Sequence record: NC_019768.1
Origin: Escherichia phage HK106
Reading direction: 5' to 3' (one strand)
Length of the DNA stretch: 41,468 bases
Below the pieces are notes generated by a model. That model saw only the letters and a program-made list of their open reading frames with translations. It searched no databases and had not been told where the DNA came from. The position numbers and the translations under genes are program-made. This document shows positions 35,835 to 41,468 of the stretch, piece by piece (within the stretch, counting starts at the first letter, position 1; every line of letters begins with the position of its first letter).

Positions 35835-36438
35835 ACCAGCGCGAAGACGATGTAAAAACGATGAATGTCGGGAATGGTTTCACCCTGCATTCGCCAATCA
35901 GTGGTGGTGCTCTCCAGAGTGTGGAACCAAGATAGCACTCGAACGACGAAGTAAAGAACGCGAAAAAGCGGAAAAAGCAGCAGAGAAGAAACGACGACGA
36001 GAGGAGCAGAAACAGAAAGATAAACTTAAGATTCGAAAACTCGCCTTAAAGCCCCGCAGTTACTGGATTAAACAAGCCCAACAAGCCGTAAACGCCTTCA
36101 TCAGAGAAAGAGACCGCGACTTACCATGTATCTCGTGCGGAACGCTCACGTCTGCTCAGTGGGATGCCGGACATTACCGGACAACTGCTGCGGCACCTCA
36201 ACTCCGATTTGATGAACGCAATATTCACAAGCAATGCGTGGTGTGCAACCAGCACAAAAGCGGAAATCTCGTTCCGTATCGCGTCGAACTGATTAATCGC
36301 ATCGGGCAGGAAGCAGTAGACGAAATCGAATCAAACCATAACCGCCATCGCTGGACTGTCGAAGAGTGCAGGGCCATCAAGGCGGAGTATCAGCAGAAAC
36401 TCAAAGACCTGCGAAATAGCAGAAGTGAGGCCGCATGA
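35827..36438 (+). CDS. ninG: NinG / Rap recombination-promoting nuclease
   Basis: 203 aa, lambda NinG-like. Confidence 0.9.
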   Translation: MAKPARRRCKNDECREWFHPAFANQWWCSPECGTKIALERRSKEREKAEKAAEKKRRREEQKQKDKLKIRKLALKPRSYWIKQAQQAVNAFIRERDRDLPCISCGTLTSAQWDAGHYRTTAAAPQLRFDERNIHKQCVVCNQHKSGNLVPYRVELINRIGQEAVDEIESNHNRHRWTVEECRAIKAEYQQKLKDLRNSRSEAA

Positions 36439-36641
36439 CGTTCTCAGTAAAAACCATTCCAGACATGCTCGTTGAAGCATACGGAAACCAGACAGAAGTA
36501 GCACGCAGACTGAAATGTAGTCGCGGTACGGTCAGAAAATACGTTGATGATAAAGACGGGAAAATGCACGCCATCGTCAACGACGTTCTCATGGTTCATC
36601 GCGGATGGAGTGAAAGAGATGCGCTATTACGAAAAAATTGA
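36435..36641 (+). CDS. ninH: NinH
   Basis: 68 aa, lambda NinH-like. Confidence 0.85.
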   Translation: MTFSVKTIPDMLVEAYGNQTEVARRLKCSRGTVRKYVDDKDGKMHAIVNDVLMVHRGWSERDALLRKN

Positions 36642-37284
36642 TGGCAGCAAATACCGAAATATTTGGGTAGTTGGCGATCTGCACGGATGCTACACGAACC
36701 TGATGAAAAAACTGGAGACGATAGGATTCGACACCAAAAAAGACCTGCTTATCTCGGTTGGCGATTTGGTCGATCGCGGTACAGAGAACGTCGAATGCCT
36801 GGAATTAATCACATTCCCCTGGTTCAGAGCTGTACGTGGAAACCATGAGCAAATGATGATTGATGGCTTATCAGAGCGCGGAAACGTCAATCACTGGATG
36901 CTTAATGGCGGTGGCTGGTTCTTTAATCTCGATTACGACAAAGAAATTCTGGCTAAAGCTCTTGCCCATAAAGCAGATGAACTTCCGTTAATCATCGAAC
37001 TGGTGAGCAAAGATAAAAAATATGTCATCTGCCACGCCGATTATCCTTGTGACGAATACGAGTTTGGAAAGCCAGTTGATCATCAGCAGGTAATCTGGAA
37101 CCGCGAACGAATCAGCAACTCACAAAACGGGATCGTGAAAGAAATCAAAGGCGCGGACACGTTCATCTTTGGTCATACGCCAGCAGTGAAACCACTCAAG
37201 TTTGCCAACCAAATGTATATCGATACCGGCGCAGTGTTCTGCGGAAACCTAACATTGATTCAGGTACAGGGAGAAGGCGCATGA
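36619..37284 (+). CDS. ninI: NinI serine/threonine protein phosphatase (lambda phosphatase)
   Basis: 221 aa from ATG at 36619; metallophosphoesterase motifs GDLHG, GDLVDRG, GNHE. Confidence 0.9.
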   Translation: MRYYEKIDGSKYRNIWVVGDLHGCYTNLMKKLETIGFDTKKDLLISVGDLVDRGTENVECLELITFPWFRAVRGNHEQMMIDGLSERGNVNHWMLNGGGWFFNLDYDKEILAKALAHKADELPLIIELVSKDKKYVICHADYPCDEYEFGKPVDHQQVIWNRERISNSQNGIVKEIKGADTFIFGHTPAVKPLKFANQMYIDTGAVFCGNLTLIQVQGEGA

Positions 37285-37904
37285 GACTCGAAAGCGTAGC
37301 TAAATTTCATTCGCCAAAAAGCCCGATGATGAGCGACTCACCACGGGCCACGGCTTCTGACTCTCTTTCCGGTACTGATGTGATGGCTGCTATGGGGATG
37401 GCGCAATCACAAGCCGGATTCGGTATGGCTGCATTCTGCGGTAAGCACGAACTCAGCCAGAACGACAAACAAAAGGCTATCAACTATCTGATGCAATTTG
37501 CACACAAGGTATCGGGGAAATACCGTGGTGTGGCAAAGCTTGAAGGAAATACTAAGGCAAAGGTACTGCAAGTGCTCGCAACATTCGCTTATGCGGATTA
37601 TTGCCGTAGTGCCGCGACGCCGGGGGCAAGATGCAGAGATTGCCATGGTACAGGCCGCGCGGTTGATATAGCAAAAACAGAGCAGTGGGGGAGAGTTGTT
37701 GAGAAAGAGTGCGGAAGATGCAAAGGTGTCGGCTATTCAAGGATGCCAGCAAGCGCCGCATATCGCGCTGTAACGATGCTAATCCCAAACCTTACTCAAC
37801 CCACCTGGTCACGCACTGTTAAGCCGCTGTATGACGCTCTGGTGGTGCAATGCCACAAGGAAGAGTCAATCGCAGACAATATCTTGAATGCGGTCACACG
37901 TTAG
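37281..37904 (+). CDS. Q: Q late-gene antiterminator
   Basis: 207 aa, lambda Q-like including the zinc-binding CRDCHGTG…CGRCKG region. Confidence 0.9.
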   Translation: MRLESVAKFHSPKSPMMSDSPRATASDSLSGTDVMAAMGMAQSQAGFGMAAFCGKHELSQNDKQKAINYLMQFAHKVSGKYRGVAKLEGNTKAKVLQVLATFAYADYCRSAATPGARCRDCHGTGRAVDIAKTEQWGRVVEKECGRCKGVGYSRMPASAAYRAVTMLIPNLTQPTWSRTVKPLYDALVVQCHKEESIADNILNAVTR

Positions 37905-37946
37905 CAGCATGATTGCCACGGATGGCAACATATTAACGGCATGATA

Positions 37947-37975
37947 TTGACTTTTTGAATAAAGTTGGGTAAATT
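37947..37975 (+). promoter_or_regulatory. late promoter PR' (-35 TTGACT, -10 TAAATT)
   Basis: 17-bp spacing; directly downstream of Q, as in lambda. Confidence 0.7.
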
Positions 37976-38013
37976 TGACATCAACGATGGATAAATTCAC
38001 TCGTTAAATAAAG

Positions 38014-38041
38014 CCCTGAGTTAATATCTCGGGGTTTTTTG
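38014..38041 (+). terminator. tR'-like terminator (defines a short 6S-like leader RNA)
   Basis: CCCTGAG-ttaatat-CTCGGGG followed by TTTTTT about 40 nt downstream of the PR' -10. Confidence 0.6.
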
Positions 38042-38338
38042 CGTTTTAAGCACGGCCTTTCTGAAAGCACATCAAACCAAATACCAGACAGACAAAAATA
38101 ATCAACTTATCCGCTGTGGCTACGGTGCGGTGTGCTTTGCATAAAAGAAAACCAGCGCAATGGCTGGCTTCGTGAAAGCGGGTGGCATGAGGTTGCCCTA
38201 ACAACCTCCTGCCGTTTTGCCCGTGCATATCGGTCACGAACAAATCTGATTACTAAACACAGTAGCCTGGATTTGTTCTATCAGTAATCGACCTTATTCC
38301 TAATTAAATAGAGCAAATCCCCTTATTGGGGGTAAGAC

Positions 38339-38662
38339 ATGAAGATGCCAGAAAAAAATGACCTGTTAGCCGCCATTCTCGCGGCAAAGGAACAAGGCAT
38401 CGGGGCAATCCTTGCGTTTGCAATGGCGTACCTTCGCGGCAGATATAATGGCGGTGCGTTTACAAAAACAGTAATCGACGCAACGATGTGCGCCATTATC
38501 GCCTGGTTCATTCGTGACCTTCTCGGCTTCGCCGGACTAAGTAGCAATCTCGCTTATATAACGAGCGTGTTTATCGGCTACATCGGTACTGACTCGATTG
38601 GTTCGCTTATCAAACGCTTCGCTGCTAAAAAAGCCGGAGTAGAAGATGGTGGGAATCAATAA
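38339..38662 (+). CDS. S: holin S (dual-start S107/S105)
   Basis: 107 aa [43 protein letters not shown]…, lambda S-like with Met1-Lys2-Met3 dual start. Confidence 0.95.
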   Translation: MKMPEKNDLLAAILAAKEQGIGAILAFAMAYLRGRYNGGAFTKTVIDATMCAIIAWFIRDLLGFAGLSSNLAYITSVFIGYIGTDSIGSLIKRFAAKKAGVEDGGNQ

Positions 38663-39122
38663 TCAACGTAAGGCGTTCCTCGATATGCTGGCATGGTCAG
38701 AGGGAACTGATAACGGACGTCAGAAAACCAGAAATCATGGTTATGACGTCATTGTTGGCGGAGAGCTATTCACTGATTACTCCGATCACCCTCGCAAACT
38801 TGTCACGCTAAACCCGAAACTCAAATCAACAGCCGCCGGACGCTACCAGCTTCTTTCCCGTTGGTGGGATGCCTATCGTAAGCAGCTTGGCCTGAAAGAC
38901 TTCTCTCCGAAAAGCCAGGATGCGGTGGCGTTACAGCAGATTAAAGAACGCGGCGCGCTGCCGCTGATTGATCGGGGTGATATTCGTCAGGCTATTGATC
39001 GTTGCAGCAATATTTGGGCTTCATTGCCCGGTGCTGGCTACGGTCAGTATGAACACAAGATCGATAGTCTGATTGCCAAATTCAAAGAAGCTGGCGGGGT
39101 GGTTAATGAAACTTCGCTATAA
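38646..39122 (+). CDS. R: endolysin R (lytic transglycosylase)
   Basis: 158 aa, lambda R-like. Confidence 0.95.
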   Translation: MVGINNQRKAFLDMLAWSEGTDNGRQKTRNHGYDVIVGGELFTDYSDHPRKLVTLNPKLKSTAAGRYQLLSRWWDAYRKQLGLKDFSPKSQDAVALQQIKERGALPLIDRGDIRQAIDRCSNIWASLPGAGYGQYEHKIDSLIAKFKEAGGVVNETSL

Positions 39123-39567
39123 GCTGGTTATTTCTGCTTTCCTCCTGACTTTATTCGGTTCTCTCGTCTGGTCAGCTAATCATTACCACAATAAAGCCAT
39201 TGAATACAAAAAACAGCGCGACGAAAACGCTATGGCATTAGATTCGGCTATGGCGACGATCTCTGATATGCAGAAGCGTCAACGTGACGTAGCAGAACTC
39301 GATGCCAGATATACAAAGGAGCTTGCTGATGCTAACGCGACTATCGAAAGTCTCCGTGCTGATGTTTCTGCTGGTCGTAAGCGCCTGCAAGTCGCCGCCA
39401 CCTGTGCAAAGTCAACGACCGGAGCCAGCGGCATGGGCGATGGAGAAAGCCCAGGACTTACAGCAGATGCTGAACTCAATTATTACCGTCTCCGAAGTGG
39501 AATCGACAGGATAACCGCGCAGGTTAACTACCTGCAGGAGTACATCAGGACGCAATGCCTGAAATAA
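39106..39567 (+). CDS. Rz: spanin inner-membrane subunit Rz (i-spanin)
   Basis: about 153 aa from ATG at 39106; N-terminal TM helix and coiled coil; central region resembles lambda Rz, ends divergent. Confidence 0.8.
   Translation: MKLRYKLVISAFLLTLFGSLVWSANHYHNKAIEYKKQRDENAMALDSAMATISDMQKRQRDVAELDARYTKELADANATIESLRADVSAGRKRLQVAATCAKSTTGASGMGDGESPGLTADAELNYYRLRSGIDRITAQVNYLQEYIRTQCLK
39329..39514 (+). CDS. Rz1: spanin outer-membrane lipoprotein Rz1 (o-spanin), embedded in Rz in the +1 frame
   Basis: about 61 aa from the in-frame ATG at 39329; signal peptide with lipobox VSAC and proline-rich mature region. Confidence 0.7.
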   Translation: MLTRLSKVSVLMFLLVVSACKSPPPVQSQRPEPAAWAMEKAQDLQQMLNSIITVSEVESTG

Positions 39568-39599
39568 TTTTTTTGCAAATCACAAAGTCCATTTAATGA

Positions 39600-39622
39600 G
39601 CCTCGCGATGCGGGGCTTTTTT
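39600..39622 (+). terminator. intrinsic terminator after the lysis cassette
   Basis: GCCTCGCG-at-GCGGGGC followed by TTTTTTA. Confidence 0.55.
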
Positions 39623-39765
39623 ATGTCCGCAGTAAACGCGCATCTCACGCGCATATTAACGAGAGCCTTTCAGTAAGCGAGCCTGAGAAATGCCGTTATA
39701 GGTGGCGACCTCTCTCGGGCGGCTTTTCTGTGAGACAGGCTCACTTTCTAAAAGGTAAAGACGCT

Positions 39766-40254
39766 ATGAACCAATTAGAAGAAAAGCTTCAAAGAATGAT
39801 TTCCTTATACAAGGAAGATAACTGCCAAAAAGTTCCTGAAAACATCGCAGAGTTAATGGAATTGGCAAGTGAATTTTCTGGCATGCTTAAGTCGTCAGGT
39901 GTTCGGTCAGCGTTCTTTGTTGAAATGCTGATGCACGGCGGACTTAGGGCAACAATGAGACGTGTAATGGAAGACCAGAGAAAAGAACCTCCTCAGGTAT
40001 ACGTTTTGTCATCGAAGAAAACTGGGCTAACCAAAATTGGGTATTCATCCAACATTCCACAACGCATCAAATCGCTTGGCAACTCTGGACCAGACTGCTT
40101 GAAGCTTGAGTGCCTGATCCCTGGTGGAAGAGAAACTGAAAACATGCTTCATCGCAAATTTGCCGCAAAGAGAAAGCACGGTGAATGGTTCGCCCTGTCC
40201 AAGGATGACATTGAGGGATTGAAATCTGTAGCGATTACTTCTGATGGCTATTAA
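39766..40254 (+). CDS. T5orf172-domain (GIY-YIG-like) protein, unknown function
   Basis: about 162 aa from ATG at 39766 (track start 39730 is GTG); C-terminal VYVLSS…KIGYSSN…R…E…HRKF…GEWF pattern of the T5orf172 / MUG113 domain. Confidence 0.6.
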   Translation: MNQLEEKLQRMISLYKEDNCQKVPENIAELMELASEFSGMLKSSGVRSAFFVEMLMHGGLRATMRRVMEDQRKEPPQVYVLSSKKTGLTKIGYSSNIPQRIKSLGNSGPDCLKLECLIPGGRETENMLHRKFAAKRKHGEWFALSKDDIEGLKSVAITSDGY

Positions 40255-40737
40255 TGCTTGTTTAGAGCAATTTTCATAACAACTCTTCATTCCAAAGCCC
40301 ATCTACGGGTGGGCTTGATAATGAAACCGTGATTTACATCCCTCACAATCCAGGTATGTAAAAGCTGGATCATGCGAGAACGGATTTAACTAAATCTGTG
40401 CGCCACCAGTTAACGGCAGCACCGCGAAACAACCCAAGCCAGTAAGTGGGGAAATAACACTGGCAGCCACTGAAAGATGAACCTCCTGCCTTATGGCAAA
40501 AAAGATTCTTTGTGGTGGCGGACTGATGGAAAGACATCGGTTATTGCAGAGACCATTCAATGAGTGGTCTCGACAATAGCTTATACCCTACACGGGATAA
40601 CTTAACTGATATCCCTTTTAACGGATAAACGGAGCCAACAATGGCAGAGATTATTCTCATGACTGAAGAACAGAAATTCCAGTTAGAGATTTACAAACTG
40701 GTCATGAACCAGAACGCCGCCGTGCATGGAGACTGGC

Positions 40738-41079
40738 ATGAACAAAGAGCCCCGCGTATATGGCAGCCGATGGGATAAGGCCCGTCTGCGTTTTCTCCAG
40801 CAGCACCCACTGTGTGTGATGTGCGAGCAGCAGGGGCGCATAACACCAGCAACGGTGGTCGACCATATCGTGCCCCACAAACTGAAAGATGCGCTTAAGT
40901 CAGGTAACCCTCTGGCCATATCGAAAGCACAGCTCCTGTTCTGGAGTAAAGAGAACTGGCAGCCACTGTGCAAAGCGCATCATGACTCAACGAAACAGAG
41001 AATGGAGAAGAGCGGCGCGGTAATCGGTTGTGATGCCAACGGCTACCCGCTCGATCCTGCGTCTCACTGGAGCACGTAA
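40738..41079 (+). CDS. HNH endonuclease (HK97 gp74-type, terminase-associated)
   Basis: about 113 aa from ATG at 40738 (SD GGAGA; in-frame ATG also at 40726); …CVMCEQQGRITPATVVDHIVPH…LCKAHH… HNH motif; last gene before the terminase genes. Confidence 0.8.
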   Translation: MNKEPRVYGSRWDKARLRFLQQHPLCVMCEQQGRITPATVVDHIVPHKLKDALKSGNPLAISKAQLLFWSKENWQPLCKAHHDSTKQRMEKSGAVIGCDANGYPLDPASHWST

Positions 41080-41282
41080 TGAAAGACCTCATCATTGAAT
41101 ACCGAGACGGTAAGTTTGTTCAGCTGGCGATTGATGGCGTGGAGATGAAGCGCGTAACGTCTATCCAGTTCTCCCACACCTTAGGCGAGGACGTACCGAC
41201 ATTGACCGTGTCAGGACATGTGTGGTCCGAGTATGGGAAAGGCGATCACAAACTCGAACAGGTAGACAAACATTCGGCATAG
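41079..41282 (+). CDS. hypothetical 67-aa protein
   Basis: ATG overlaps the HNH stop (TAATG). Confidence 0.45.
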   Translation: MKDLIIEYRDGKFVQLAIDGVEMKRVTSIQFSHTLGEDVPTLTVSGHVWSEYGKGDHKLEQVDKHSA

Positions 41283-41468
41283 CGCGGCGGCGGCAAGTAG
41301 ATTATCTATCATGTGAAATCATTTCAAATGCAACGATATCAAATGAGAATGAATCGCATTCAGGGCAGGGGGGGGGGATCAAATCTTCAAAACCTTTGCC
41401 CCAAATGACCGCCGCCAAAGTTTGAATTTAACGCTAACCCGATTTTTTTAGTTTTAAGGTGTTGACAT
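41283..41468. other. putative cos / packaging-initiation region containing a G10 tract
   Basis: non-coding stretch between the HNH gene block and the small terminase gene at position 1; homopolymer G10 at 41368-41377; the exact cleavage site cannot be read from sequence alone. Confidence 0.3.

Noticed and set aside
40045-40973. Minus-strand ORFs of 85 and 96 aa overlapping the T5orf172 and HNH genes
   Set aside because: Antisense to better supported plus-strand genes; no SD.

Overview
The window reads as a complete, non-integrated temperate lambdoid phage genome of about 41.5 kb with a strongly mosaic make-up. All homology calls below come from reading the sequence and recalling protein families; no database search or structure prediction was run. 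Left arm (1-20896, + strand): HK97-type packaging and head genes (small and large terminase, portal, prohead protease, HK97-fold major capsid protein), then a lambda-like tail module (major tail protein, G/GT chaperones with a -1 frameshift, tape measure, M, L, K, I, J, side tail fibre, Tfa). Inserted in the tail module are small moron genes, each followed by an intrinsic terminator: two paralogous single-TM proteins resembling the HK97 gp15/YebO exclusion protein, and a Cor-like lipoprotein. Centre: an intact lambda-type attP core (GCTTTTTTATACTAA, 21412-21426) with sib/tI, then lambda-like int and xis on the minus strand. Early-left operon (minus strand, 22806-28674): accessory genes of mostly unknown function, plus Ea22-like/DUF551, Lar-like, an SSB with an acidic DDSIPF tail, Erf, Kil-like, cIII, and a P22-type N antiterminator with a P22-type boxB. 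Immunity region: lambda-type OL/PL, cI, OR/PR/PRM and cro, but the rexAB position between cI and PL is occupied by an AT-rich hicA-hicB-ORF cassette ending in a tImm-like terminator. I consider this the best candidate for an undescribed lysogen-expressed exclusion or addiction system. Right arm: divergent cII-like gene, O-like initiator with internal iterons, DnaB-type helicase, lambda-like ninB/D/X/F/G/H/I, Q, PR'/tR', S, R, Rz/Rz1, then a T5orf172 (GIY-YIG-like) protein, an HNH endonuclease of the HK97 gp74 type and a putative cos region with a G10 tract. No tRNA, rRNA, CRISPR array or transposase was seen.
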